Shown: positions 25,036 to 36,203 of the stretch, piece by piece
Numbering within the stretch: position 1 is the stretch's first letter
Layout: each line of letters starts with the position of its first letter
Assembly (NCBI GenBank): GCA_038087875.1
Contig: CM075990.1
Location: 1,240,001 to 1,302,000 of the forward strand
DNA: 62,000 nucleotides
Direction: 5' to 3'
DNA from: Malacoraja senta
Taxonomy: Eukaryota
Notes under the pieces: generated by a model
The model's database searches: none
The model's input: the letters and a program-made list of their open reading frames with translations, nothing else
What the model was told of the DNA's origin: nothing
Translations under genes and position numbers: made by a program

Positions 25036-25834
25036 ATGGTGGTGTTCAGGTCTCACCACAGTCTCAGGCTCTCAGACAGAGGCCGGAAGCGGCAGGAAGC
25101 TAACTCTTGTTTACAAGTCTGTTTCCTGTCGACCCCCCTGAGAGCCGAGTTAATGAGGGCAAGCCCAGACAGGGTGGGTAAGAGATTCATCTATCATTCC
25201 TCACCCCATAGACCCCACTGATGGATCCCTCACCCACGTCTCTTCTGTGTCCCGCAGCTCTGCTCTTGCTCCCGCTCGCCCCAGATGCAACAAGAGTTCC
25301 CCTGGTCCTCATCTTTCACCCCACCAGCCTCCGCATCCGACAAATCCTCCTCCGACATTTCAATCACCTTCTACATGATCCCACCACTAATAACATCTTC
25401 CCATCACCACAGAGACCGCTCCCTCCACAACTGCCTGGTTAACTCATCCCTTCCCACCCCTCCCACCCCCTCCCCAGGTACCTTCCCCTGCAACCGCAGG
25501 AGATGTAACATCCATCCCTATACCTCCTCCCTCACCTCCATTCAGGGACCCAACAGTCCTTCCAGGTGAGGCAGAGGTTCATGTGCACCTCCTCTAACCT
25601 CATCTACTGCATCCAGTGTTGCTGATGTGGCCTCCTGTACATCGGCGAGACCAAGTGCAGACTCAGAGACCATTTCGCTGAACACTTGCTCTCAATCCGC
25701 CAAGGCCTGATGGATCTCCCGGTTGCTAACCATTTTAATTCCCCTTCCCATTCTCACACTATCCTTTCTGTCCTGGGCCTCCTTCATTGCCAATGTGAGG
25801 CCACACGGAAACTGGAGGAATAGCACTTCAAATT

Positions 25835-26038
25835 TGTAGATGAGATATGCATGTGCCTTTAACATAGTGACCTCATACCTACTAACCACTCCCCATATCA
25901 CAAGTATAACTACAACCTCCCCACCCACAGATCGCTCTCTAGTTCCTGTGACAGACCACGTACAGCTAGTGCAATGTATAATGATCCAGTATGAATAAAG
26001 ATAGTAAAGTAACGATGCCTCGTTATCAATCCTTTACA
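25835..26038 (+). repeat. Gypsy 5' LTR (204 bp)
   Basis: tgtagatgag...cctttaca; no difference from the 3' LTR found by eye; contains aataaa. Confidence 0.95.
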
Positions 26039-26130
26039 TGGTGCCAAATAACTTACCTTGCGCCTCCTGTTTATCGGTTTATCATTTAATTTTGACCCAG
26101 TTTTTTGTTTCCCCCGACCTGTTTCTTGTT

Positions 26131-27276
26131 ATGGCCTCTTCTGCCCGTAAGCCTGATGTGCTCGTTTTTGATTTCGACATCGCCCTTCGATGGGACATAT
26201 TCAAACGTGACTTTGAACACTATTTCACGATTGCCCATCCTGGCGCCACCCCCGCTCTCAAAGCCTCCCTGCTTCTCAACTTGGCTGGTCCCGACGCCTT
26301 GACTCGCTCTGACTTCTTCGTCTACGCTGCTGGAGAAACAGCTCGGGACCCGGTATGTCTGTTGGCTAAGTTTGACGCTATTTGTGACATTCCGACTAAT
26401 TGCATCTTAGAACGTTTTAAACTGTTAGCGCGGCGTCAGCTCCCTGGGGAATCTGCTGAGAACTATGTCATTGCGCTGCGGGACCTGGGCAGGCGCTGCC
26501 GCCTCGACACGTGGACCCCCGATAATGTCATCAGGGACCTACTGGTTTACGGTCTCCGTGATGAGAAGCTCAGGTCCGAACTTCTTCGCAAGCCGGATCT
26601 GACCTTGGCCGATGCCATGCACGCTACTCGCTTAGCTGACGCTGTTTCCTCGGCGGCGCCGCCGGCTGAGCAGGCGATCAACTTTGCCAGCACTCCTAGT
26701 TATCTCATGAACACACCCCAGTCGCGACCCCCGGGGTCGCTCGCTGCTCGAGGGGGACGCGCCCCGGGGTTCGGTGCTGCTACAAGGGGAGGTACCCAGC
26801 AAAGGTGCCCTAATTGCAACTTCACAACTCATCAGTTCAATGTATGCCCTGCTTTAGGTAAGACTTGCAATGCCTGCAATAAGTTGAACCATTTTGCTGC
26901 AGCTTGTCGTTCCCGTGGGAAGCCTGTCGCTGCTCGAAGGCAAAATTTAAACAACCTTCTACAGTCTGATAATGAGCTCAGCTCCCAGTACTATTCCGAT
27001 GAACATTCTGTTCCTACATCTAACTCATCTCAGGGGGAGACCAGCTTGTTTACCGTGTTGGACGCACCTGCTATGATAACGGATCCTTCTGTGCAAGTCA
27101 CTGTGAACAACTTGACCTTCACTGCCAAAATCGACACTGGGGCGGTAACCAATGTTATGTCAACATCCCTTTTCAACCAGATAAGAACTAATGAGCAGAT
27201 ATTTTCTCAGCTCAAACCTGCATGCCTACGGTGGGGAGATCCTTACTCCTGTGGGCAAGGCCACACTACACTGTAA
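26131..27276 (+). CDS. Gypsy gag plus N-terminal half of the aspartic protease
   Basis: MASSARKP...; zinc knuckles CPNC..H..CPA and CNACNKLNHFAAAC; protease motif KIDTGA. Confidence 0.9.
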   Translation: MASSARKPDVLVFDFDIALRWDIFKRDFEHYFTIAHPGATPALKASLLLNLAGPDALTRSDFFVYAAGETARDPVCLLAKFDAICDIPTNCILERFKLLARRQLPGESAENYVIALRDLGRRCRLDTWTPDNVIRDLLVYGLRDEKLRSELLRKPDLTLADAMHATRLADAVSSAAPPAEQAINFASTPSYLMNTPQSRPPGSLAARGGRAPGFGAATRGGTQQRCPNCNFTTHQFNVCPALGKTCNACNKLNHFAAACRSRGKPVAARRQNLNNLLQSDNELSSQYYSDEHSVPTSNSSQGETSLFTVLDAPAMITDPSVQVTVNNLTFTAKIDTGAVTNVMSTSLFNQIRTNEQIFSQLKPACLRWGDPYSCGQGHTTL

Positions 27277-30200
27277 GATACTGGAGACCACTCGGCCCCT
27301 CACCTTCTTTCTCCTCAATCGAAAATGCATTCCCCTGCTGGGGATCCAGGCATGCCAGGAAATGGGACTCGTGTCCTTCCACCGGGACATCCACCAGGTG
27401 CAGGCTCTTATGGACCCGCTGGCCGATTATCCCGACCGCTTTGATGATAAGCTAGGCAAACTACCCTGCAGCTACAAGATTGAAGTGGACCATAAGATCG
27501 TTCCTGTGGTCCATGCTCCTCACCGTATCTCCTTCGCCATGAGGGACAAAGTGGAGGCGACCCTACACAGTATGGTACAAATGGGCGTCCTAAAGGCGGT
27601 CGTCGAGCCCACCAGCTGGGTCTCTTCCATGGTTGTTGCTGCTAAAAAGGACATGAGTGAGATACGCATCTGCATCAACCCCAGAGACCTCAACCTGGCC
27701 ATTCGTCGCCCTCACTACCCTATGAGAACGGTGGAAGACGTCGCTGCACAGGTTGGTCCAGCAACGGTTTTTTCGGTCCTCGATGCCAAAAGCTCATTCT
27801 GGCAGATACCACTGGACGAGCGGTCGTCCATTTTGACAACTTTCGCCACCCCCTACGGAAGGTTTCGGTTCCTCCGAATGCCCTTCGGAATCAACTCTGC
27901 CAGCGAGGTATTCCAGCGAACCATGGAACAGTTGTTTTCAGATCTGCCTTGCGCCATAATTGTTGACGACATCCTCGTTTACGGTAAGGACGTTGCCGAA
28001 CACGATGTCAACCTCCGCCTGATCCTGGACCGGGCCAGGCAAATCAACTTGAAACTGAACCCCAAGAAGTGCCGATTCCGCGTCTCGGAGGTCACCTATG
28101 TTGGACATGTATTCACCGCTGAGGGGCTAAAGCCAGACCCGCAGAAAACGGCTGCCATCTCAGGGATGCCCCCTCCTACTAACGTGGCAGGCCTGCAACG
28201 CTTCCTCGGCTTGGTAAACTACCTGGGGAAGTTCATCCCCGACCTCAGTGAGCTCAGCGCTCCCCTGAGGGATCTGATCAAAAAAGACACGTCCTGGCTT
28301 TGGTTACCCAATCATCAGAAGGCATTTGACATTCTTAAGTCTAAACTGATCAGCACACCCACGCTCAAGTTCTTTGACCTGCAGCGTCCCATTGTCCTCA
28401 CCTGCGACGCCTCTCAATTCGGACTCGGTGCCGCCTGCCTCCAGGTCCATGACGGCCTGCAGCTGCCTGTCTCCTTCGCGTCCCGCACCATGACCGCCAC
28501 CGAACAGCACTACGCGCAGATTGAGAAGGAGCTACTGGCCGTGGTGTTTGCCTGCTCCAAATTCCGGGACTACATCGTGGGCAACACTTTCACCGTTGAA
28601 ACTGACCATCAACCACTTGTCACCATCCTCAACAAACCGATCCATGTGGCCTCATCACGTCTGCAGCGCATGCTGCTGCAGCTCCAGCGTTTCACGTTCA
28701 CGGTGGTTTATCGTAAGGGCAAGGACATGTTCGTAGCCGACACGTTGTCTCGCGCCCCGCTGACGTCCACTGCTCGCCACCAATACGAAATGTCTGAGTT
28801 ACTGGTACTACGATTGAACTTCGTCCCCTCGCCACAGATGAAGTCCCTGGTTGAACACACTACCAACGACCCTGCCCTGCAACAGCTGTCTGCCGTCATC
28901 CGGCAGGGCTGGCCTGACCGTCGCTCGGCACTGCCGGCTGGGGCCGTGCCCTACTTCCTGATTCGGGACGAGCTCGTCTTGCACGACGGCGTGGTGGTGA
29001 AGGGTCACAAAGTGGTCGTGCCCGCGGCGCTGCACGACCAATATTTTCAAGTCGCACACCGCGGTCACACTGGGGCCGAAGCCACTGTGTCTCTCGCCAA
29101 GAGCCAGTTCTATTGGCCGGATATGGCCAAGTACATCCGGGAGAGGGTCTCCTCGTGTTCCACCTGCAACAGCCGCGCCCCCCATCAGCAGCGTCAGCCG
29201 CTTCTACAGCAGCCCGTGCCCGGACTGCCCTGGATGGCGCTCGCCACAGACATTTTCGAGTGGCGGGGCAAACATTTCCTGGTACTCGTTGACTCCTACT
29301 CCAGCTGGTTTGTGGTTGACCGGCTGCCTTCCGTGACCTCTTCGGCCGTCATCGACAGGTTGTACCCTCACTTTAGCACTTTTGGCCCCCCGGCAAGCTT
29401 GCAGTCGGACAATGGCAGCCAGTTCACGAGCTCCGAGTTTAAAGCGTTCGCTTCCATATGGAACTTTCGCCATTTCACCAGCAGCCCGGAGTACCCGCAA
29501 AGCAACGGTTTGGCCGAGCGCGCGGTCCGCAGTGCTAAGCACTTGTTGGAACAGTGTGGTGGCATTAACTCCGACTTCCACCTGGCCCTCCTCAGCCTTC
29601 GGAACATTTCCCGCGACTCTGCCATGGGTTCACCTGCTCAGCGGCTCCTGTCTCGCGCTACCAGACTCCCGCTCCCTGTGGCCCAGCGCTCCCTCATACC
29701 CTCGATCCTCCCACCTGCGGCGGTTCAGAAACGCATTGCCTTCAGGCACGACGTCCAAAAGCGTTCCCATGACAGGTCCTGCCACCCGCTGCCGCGCCTC
29801 TTCCCCTGTCAAGTAGTCCATATGCAGACCACTCCCGGTCACTCCAAGCTCGCCACTGTCGTCGGCTCTGCGGGGTCGCCCAGGTCCTATTTCGTCGACT
29901 GCGCTGGGGCAATTTACCGACGGTCCCGCCAGCACCTTCGGCTCGTCAATGAGCCGCGTCCTCCTGCCGCCGATCCCTTTGCTCCCCCGCTGCCTGTTTC
30001 GCGTCCGGCCGTTGCTCTGCCCGTGATTCCTGACATGCCTCGCTCTGCTCCTCCTTCGCCCCTTCCGCTGCATCACACTCCGACTAGTCCTCGCTCGCCC
30101 GCCCGCGCTCTTCCCGGTCCCGGCCCCGCATCCCCTCCGGGTTCGGTGCCGCGGTCTCTTCCGTTTCCTCCCGTTTCTCCCTTTCAGGTTCGTCCTTCCC

Positions 30201-30301
30201 CGCCGGTGCCTCTTCCTCCTGCAGGAAGGGTGGATGGCGAGACGCGGACCCGGGCGGGACGTCTTGTCAAACCGCCTGACCGCTATGGCGATGTTGCTTA
30301 G
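27191..30301 (+). CDS. Gypsy pol (protease C-terminal half, RT, RNase H, integrase), uninterrupted for 1036 codons
   Basis: LDAKSSFWQ, RMPFG, IVDDIL; CDASQFGLG, YAQIEKELLA, TDHQPL, ADTLSR; HRGH..CSTC, ATDIF, SDNGSQF, NGLAER; C-terminal TRAGRLVKPPDRY. Confidence 0.95.
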   Translation: MSRYFLSSNLHAYGGEILTPVGKATLHCKILETTRPLTFFLLNRKCIPLLGIQACQEMGLVSFHRDIHQVQALMDPLADYPDRFDDKLGKLPCSYKIEVDHKIVPVVHAPHRISFAMRDKVEATLHSMVQMGVLKAVVEPTSWVSSMVVAAKKDMSEIRICINPRDLNLAIRRPHYPMRTVEDVAAQVGPATVFSVLDAKSSFWQIPLDERSSILTTFATPYGRFRFLRMPFGINSASEVFQRTMEQLFSDLPCAIIVDDILVYGKDVAEHDVNLRLILDRARQINLKLNPKKCRFRVSEVTYVGHVFTAEGLKPDPQKTAAISGMPPPTNVAGLQRFLGLVNYLGKFIPDLSELSAPLRDLIKKDTSWLWLPNHQKAFDILKSKLISTPTLKFFDLQRPIVLTCDASQFGLGAACLQVHDGLQLPVSFASRTMTATEQHYAQIEKELLAVVFACSKFRDYIVGNTFTVETDHQPLVTILNKPIHVASSRLQRMLLQLQRFTFTVVYRKGKDMFVADTLSRAPLTSTARHQYEMSELLVLRLNFVPSPQMKSLVEHTTNDPALQQLSAVIRQGWPDRRSALPAGAVPYFLIRDELVLHDGVVVKGHKVVVPAALHDQYFQVAHRGHTGAEATVSLAKSQFYWPDMAKYIRERVSSCSTCNSRAPHQQRQPLLQQPVPGLPWMALATDIFEWRGKHFLVLVDSYSSWFVVDRLPSVTSSAVIDRLYPHFSTFGPPASLQSDNGSQFTSSEFKAFASIWNFRHFTSSPEYPQSNGLAERAVRSAKHLLEQCGGINSDFHLALLSLRNISRDSAMGSPAQRLLSRATRLPLPVAQRSLIPSILPPAAVQKRIAFRHDVQKRSHDRSCHPLPRLFPCQVVHMQTTPGHSKLATVVGSAGSPRSYFVDCAGAIYRRSRQHLRLVNEPRPPAADPFAPPLPVSRPAVALPVIPDMPRSAPPSPLPLHHTPTSPRSPARALPGPGPASPPGSVPRSLPFPPVSPFQVRPSPPVPLPPAGRVDGETRTRAGRLVKPPDRYGDVA

Positions 30302-30370
30302 CTATCCTAGCGCATGAGCCGTGGTCGCCATGTCACCATTGTATTTGCCTGTCGTTTCGGAGAGGAAGGA

Positions 30371-30574
30371 TGTAGATGAGATATGCATGTGCCTTTAACA
30401 TAGTGACCTCATACCTACTAACCACTCCCCATATCACAAGTATAACTACAACCTCCCCACCCACAGATCGCTCTCTAGTTCCTGTGACAGACCACGTACA
30501 GCTAGTGCAATGTATAATGATCCAGTATGAATAAAGATAGTAAAGTAACGATGCCTCGTTATCAATCCTTTACA
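30371..30574 (+). repeat. Gypsy 3' LTR (204 bp)
   Basis: Direct repeat of 25835-26038. Confidence 0.95.
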
Positions 30575-31149
30575 AAATTCCACTTGGGCAGCTTTCAACG
30601 CCGAGGTATGAACAGTATCAATGGCATTTTAGGTACTGTAACTAGCCTGCAAACTAGAACCCCCCCATTCCACCCTCCACCCTCCCCACCCCTTTCTTCT
30701 CTGTCTCCCACCTGGACCCACACCTGTTTCACCCCTCCCCCCTCTCATTCCATCTATATTCCTTCCTCTGGCTTCACCATTCACTCTTCTATCCTTATCT
30801 CACACTTTTTGTCTTTTCATCTCTGGCCTTTCTCCAGCCATCTACCTATCAAACCACCCTCTTTACTTGTATCCTCCTATCACTCAACAGGCTTTGTCTG
30901 TCCCCCTTCTCTTCCATCTTCTGCCCTCTCGCCCTACAGTCAGTCTGAAGAAGGTCTTGACCTGAAATGTCATTTATCCATGTTCTCAGATGCTGCCTAA
31001 ACCCACTGAGTTACTCCAGCACTCTGTGTACATATTTGTGGGTTAATTGAGCTCTGTAAAGTATATTAAATGGCGACAACATGGAGAGAATAATGTTGGA
31101 TTACATTAATGAGGGATTAGTGTACATGGGTTTAATTTTTAAAATTTAA

Positions 31150-31837
31150 TTTAGAGATACAGCATTTAAGACCTTCGGCCCACCATGCCAACAAATCGAT
31201 CACCCATTCAAACTAGGTAGACAAAAATGCTGGAGAAACTCAGCAGGTGAGGCAGCATCTATGGAGCGAAGGAAATAGGAGACTTTTCGATTTGAGACCC
31301 TTCTTCAGAGTCAGACTGATGTGAGGGTGGGGGGGGGGGAAGAAGAAAGGAAGAGGCGGAGACAGTGGGCTGAGGAAGAGCTGGGAAGGGGAGGAGAAAA
31401 GCAGGGACTACATGAAATTAGAGAAGTCAATGTTCGTACCGCTGGGTGTAAACTGCCCAAGCGAAATATGAGGTGCTGCTCCTCCAAATTACGGTGGGCC
31501 TCACTCTGGCCACGGAGGAGTCCCAGGACATAAAGGTCTGATTAAGAATGGGAGGGAGTGTTGAAGTGCTGAGTGCTAGTATTACCCATTCATACTAGTT
31601 CTATGTTATCCCACTTTCTCATCCATTAACTGCACATGACGGGCAACTTACAGAGGGACAATTAACCTACAAACCCGCACGTCTTTGGGATGTGGGACGG
31701 AACCGGAGCACCCGGAGGAAACCCACATGGTCACAGGGAGAATGTACAAGCTCCACACAGACAGCACCCGAGGTCAGGAACGAACCTGAGTTCTCTGGCG
31801 CTGTGAGGCAGCGGTTCTACCAGCTCTGCGTGCCGCC
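31150..31837 (-). mobile_element. V-SINE/HE1-like SINE interrupted by a Penelope-like 3' fragment (31217-31583) with a 15-bp TSD
   Basis: acccattca(a/t)actag is duplicated at 31202-31216 and 31584-31598; the insert matches 8590-8960. Confidence 0.7.
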
Positions 31838-32249
31838 AATTGTGGATGGTCAGGGTGGACTTGGTGGGTTGAAGGGCCTGTTTCTGTGCCGTATCTCTCT
31901 ATAATGTTCCAGTTACGTGACTGAATTGAAGTTGTCCCAGTGGGATCACTTTAAAGGAGAGTCCACATTCAGGTCGTGCCAGGCTTATAGAAATATTTCA
32001 GTACAGCATGAGAACAGGCCCTTGGGCCCACGATGTCCGTGCTGAACATGATGTTGGGTTTACCTAATCCCCCCTGTGACCCACTATCCCCCCGTCTCCC
32101 TGTATCCGTGTGCCTGTACAGAGCCAGCAGTGCCGAGCTCTGGCCGTGTGGACGATGTGGGCCCCGCACGATCCCCACACGGGGCAGGAGATCCCGGCAT
32201 AGGAGCAGCGGGCAGCACAGAGGCACAGTGAGCAGCACAGTGGAGCAGC

Positions 32250-32537
32250 GGGCAGCACAGTGGAGCAGCGGTAGAGTTGATGCCTCACAGTGCCAGAGGC
32301 CCGGGTTCAATCCTGACTATGGGTGCTGTCAGAGTATGTACGTCCCCCCTGTGATCGCGTGGGTTTTCTCCGGGTGCTCCGGTTTCCTCCCACAGTCCAA
32401 AGACGTGAATGTTTGTAGGTTAATTCAGTAAAAATGTAAATTGTTCCCAGTGTGTGTAGGATAGTGATAATGAATCGCTGGTCGGCGTGGGCTCGGAGGG
32501 CTGAAGGGCCTGTTACCGTGCTGTATCTCTAAACTAA
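32250..32537 (+). mobile_element. V-SINE/HE1-like SINE, preceded by short tandem copies of its 5' end (32203-32250)
   Basis: gggcagcacagtggagcagcggtagag...ggttcaatcctgact...gggttttctccgggtgctccggtttcctccca...ctgtatctctaaactaa. Confidence 0.8.
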
Positions 32538-32849
32538 CCTGACGTGAACATTCACCGGGCCCCACTCTCCCAGGCCCCTCAGTGTGAAACAGACCCAATG
32601 ATGCCCCTCACAGCCATTGGGTCAGACCTGGGACAAGCCAACCCGGAGACGCTGACCCCCATCCCCATCCCCCAGAGACTGGACAAGACCACGGCCACTT
32701 CACAACACGGCTTTATTGTTCCACTACTGACTTCCTCATCCGTGGCGTGACCTGAATGTGGCACTCACCCCCTGCACCCTGCCTGGGGGAAGGGACTGGG
32801 GCAGGCACAGGGGATGTGGTGATTCAACGGGGGACCGACGGACCGATGG

Positions 32850-33225
32850 AGGGAGGGAGGAAAGCGGGAGGAGGTGGGGAGGGGGTGAAGGGGAAGAGTG
32901 CGGTAGTGGGAGGGAAGACCAGGAAGGGGGTGAAGGGGAAGGTAGATGAAGGAGCGTGTGGGGAAGGAGAGGAATAGAAGGGGTGGGGGGAGGGGAAGGG
33001 GGGGGAGGAGGGGGGAGGAAAGGTTTATGGGGGTGGGTGGAGGAGGTGCAGCCACCTCAGTGAAGGCCAGTGGAGTGCTGAGGAGTGGAGAGGGTGGGTG
33101 AAGGGGGGGAGTGGGGAGATGAGGGTGGAGGGGGTGAAGGGTTTGGGCGGAGGGAAAGGGCAGGGTAGAGTGTGAGGAGGGTGGAGAGAAGGGGGAGGGG
33201 AGGGTGGAAGGAGGGGGAGGGCGGC
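32850..33225. repeat. G/A-rich low-complexity tract
   Basis: Runs of ggag/gggg/gagg. Confidence 0.85.
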
Positions 33226-33511
33226 TTTAACCAGTCCCAGCTGGTCCCGGTCTGTGTGCACATCCCGTACCATGCAATAAATATCATCACTGACCCTGTT
33301 TTGTTTTCCTTCTCCCAGACGCAGCCGGGCGTGGGTCATGCCGACATGTGGGAACGTGCAGAGGGTGATTGGGAGAGTCTGTTTGCAGGGACAGTTGGCA
33401 TTAGGAGGCTCTCCAAAATGAGGTAGCAAGGGGCAGCATGCTCCTGTTGGGCTGAAGGGCCAGGCTGTCAAATCTATGGATCTCTGGGGGATAAAAAATG
33501 TTTAGGCTATG

Positions 33512-33639
33512 ACATAGAAAAATACATAATAGGTGCAGGATAAGGCCATTCGGCCCTTTGAGCCTGCACCACCATTCAATATAATCATGGCTGATCATCC
33601 AACTCAGTATCCTGTCCCTGCCTTCTCTCCATACCCCCT
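33512..33639 (-). mobile_element. 3' end of the CR1 LINE that hosts the BEL/Pao insertion (its body continues at 45820)
   Basis: CR1 3' UTR ending ...ctctccataccccct; the uninterrupted CR1 at 7430-7460 continues gatccctttagccac, which is found at 45825. Confidence 0.85.
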
Positions 33640-33646
33640 TGTAACT

Positions 33647-35427
33647 GAGGGAGAGGGAAAATGGGGAATTACAGACCAGTTAGTCTAACATCGGTAGTGG
33701 GGAAACTGCTAGAGACAGTTATTAAAGATGGAATAGCAGCACATTTGGAAAGTGGTGAATTCATTGGACAAAGTCAGCATGGATTTACGAAAGGTAAATC
33801 ATGTCTGATGAATCTTATAGAATTTTTCGAGGATGTAACTAGTAGAGTGGATAAGGGAGAACCAATGGATGTGTTATATCTGGACTTTCAGAAGGCTTTC
33901 AACAATGTTCTACATAAGAGATTAGTATACAAACTTAATGCACACGGTATTGGGGGTTCAGTATTGATGTGGATAGAGAACTGGCTGGCAGACAGGAAGC
34001 AAAGAGTAAGAGTAAACGGGTCCTTTTCAGACTGGCAGGCAGTGACTAGTGGGGTACCGCAAGGCTCAGCGCTGGGACCCCAGCTATTTACAATATATAT
34101 TAATGATTTGGACGAGGGAATTGAATTGAATCTCCAAGTTTGCGGATGACATGAAGCTGGGGGGCAGTGTTAGCTGTCAGGAGGATGCTAGGAGGTTGCA
34201 AGGTGACTTGGATAGGCTGGGTGAATGGGAAAATGCATGGCAGATGCAGTATAATGTGGATAAATGTGAGGTTATCCACTTTGGTGGCAAAAACAGGAAA
34301 GTAGACTATTATCCGAATGGCGGCGGTTTAGGAAAAGGGGAGATGCAACGAGACCTGGGTGTCATGGTACACCAGTCATTGAAAGTAGGCATGCAGGTGC
34401 AGCAGGCAATGAATAAAGCGAATGGTATGTTAGCATTCATAGCAAAAGGATTTGAGTATAGGAGCAGGGAGGTTCTACTGCAGTTGTACAGGGTCTTGGT
34501 GAGACCACACCTGGAGTATTGCGTACAGTTTTGGTCTCCAAATCTGAGGAAACACATTCTTACCATAGAGGGAGTACAGAGAAGGTTCACCAAACTGATT
34601 CCTGGGATGTCAGGACTTTCATATGAAGAAAGACTGGATAGACTCGGCTTGTACTCGCTAGAATTTAGAACATTGAGGGGGGATCTTATAGAAACTTACA
34701 AAATTCTTAAGGGGTTGGACAGGCTAGAATCAGGAAGATTATTCCCGATGTTGGGGAAGTCCAGAACAAGGGGTCACAGTTTAAGGATAAGGGTGAAGTC
34801 TTTTAGGACCGAGATGAGAAAATCATTTTTTATGTAGAGAGTGGTGAATCTGTGGAATTCTCTGCCACAGAAGGTAGTTGAGGCCAGTTCATTGGCTATA
34901 TTTAAGAGGGAGTTAGATGTGGCCCTTGTGGCTAAAGGGATCAGGGGTGTAGCTCCCAAGTAGTACACGAGGCCCGAGATCGTGGTTAAATATCGGGTTT
35001 AATTTCGGCTCCAACCAACCCCGTATTTAACCACGATCTCGGGCCTCGTGTACTATTTGGGAGCCACAGTGAGAACTCGTCCACTGCTTACTACTTAAGA
35101 GGTATTTCTTGGTTTCTTCTTAGTCATGCTTCTGTCTTTCTTTATGATCTTACTTATTGAACATTTAACTTATTTTGGCGGTGGATCCCCTTTGTGTTGC
35201 TTCCCTTTTCTTTGCTGCCCTCCAAGGTGCGCCCACAACCGTGCCCCCCCGGAAACTAAGTTGGCAATTTAGTTCTGCCCTTAGGAACGCCACTATTTCA
35301 GGTAGGAACCAAAAACCGTGAGGTTCAGAATTTAACTAACTGCCGATGTGGGGCAGTTACACTCCCACCAAATCACATGTGATTTCTTAGAACAACTTAA
35401 AGAGACATACATACTGCATATAAACAT
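33647..35427. repeat. Left arm of a ~1.78-kb inverted duplication (partner 45340-47117): CR1 body + BEL 3' LTR + PPT region
   Basis: Reverse complement of 45340-47117, sharing private CR1 lesions ([11 protein letters not shown] frameshift, EWENAW, YYPNG) and the same LTR/CR1 junction. Confidence 0.93.
34948..35361 (-). repeat. BEL/Pao 3' LTR, inverted duplicate (414 bp)
   Basis: Reverse complement tgtaactgcccc...gggagctaca, preceded by the PPT-like tttggtgggag. Confidence 0.9.
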
Positions 35428-35428
35428 G

Positions 35429-36203
35429 GTCTGGATGTGATTTTTGAGTTGCCTTGAGAACGAGCAGAGGACTGGGAGGATTTGGTGCGGTGAGATTTGA
35501 TCCTCGTCTTATCTGAGGCTGCAGACTTGAACACAGATTCTGTATCTTTAACACCTTGTTCTTCATCCACTTAACATTCACTCTTTCCCATGTTTAGATA
35601 ACCTCTTGCAGTTTTGATTATCTTCTTTGTTACTGCTTCACAGGTGTCTACTCTGCGACCTGTGTCATGATCTAGAATGTCGATGTGTCTCAGCTCTTCA
35701 TAAACAGCTTTCAGATTCCTTGAAGCATTGCTTACCTTGGTGATGTGTTCATTCAGCAGGTTGTTTGAGTATTGACTGCTCAGCGCCACTTTGGCGTCCT
35801 TAATGACAGCCTTCCACTTCTCGTAGCTCACACTGAAATGGTGTGCAACCTTTCTTACTTGCTCATTGTGCAGTTCTTGGCCCTTTTCCGTTAGCTTGCG
35901 GACTCTTTGGCCTCTTTGTGGCTCTTGTGAGGAAGTGTGGATATCATCTCCAGTGCCTTTGGTCGTTTGTGCCTTTGGGCAGTGCTGTTTCGTGTCATCA
36001 CCTTCATCATCTTCTCTGTCACTTTCAGGGGATAGCTCAAACTCTGACATTTTACTTGGTTTACTTTAGTTTGGTTTAAATCTAATATTTTCTTATGTTG
36101 AGTAAGTACCTAATTAATTAATAATTTTTATAGTGTTATCAACTTAAATCACTATGAGTGATAATTAAACAAATAAAGGTATCAACTCTTCCACAGGTAA
36201 GTT
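35429..36203 (-). pseudogene. Duplicated BEL leader and gag N-terminus (no DIRS insertion in this copy)
   Basis: ORF 35571-36050 (MSEFELSPESDRED...) is nearly identical to the start of 37459-39195. Confidence 0.9.

Larger units (their letters stand above)
25835..30574 (+). mobile_element. Full-length Ty3/Gypsy LTR retrotransposon, 4740 bp, 5-bp TSD aaatt
   Basis: TG...CA LTRs at 25835-26038 and 30371-30574; TSD at 25830-25834 and 30575-30579; PBS-like tggtgccaaa at 26039; PPT ggagaggaagga before the 3' LTR. Confidence 0.97.
25255..31025 (+). mobile_element. Penelope-like 3' fragment (25255-25834 and 30575-31025) split by the Gypsy insertion
   Basis: RVPLVLIFHPTS, PGTFPCNRRRC, NLIYCIQC..LLYIGETK; the sequence ...ctggaggaatagcacttcaaatt resumes as ccacttgggcagc after the Gypsy element. 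Confidence 0.8.

Noticed and set aside
24540..25221. ORFs of 149-187 aa, and similar ones at 15335-15845 and 32756-33471
   Set aside because: They are open only because of CT- or GA-rich low-complexity sequence; there are no recognisable domains.
34948..35068. 121-bp palindrome as an independent MITE
   Set aside because: It is the terminal part of the 414-bp BEL LTR in every occurrence and has no TSD of its own.
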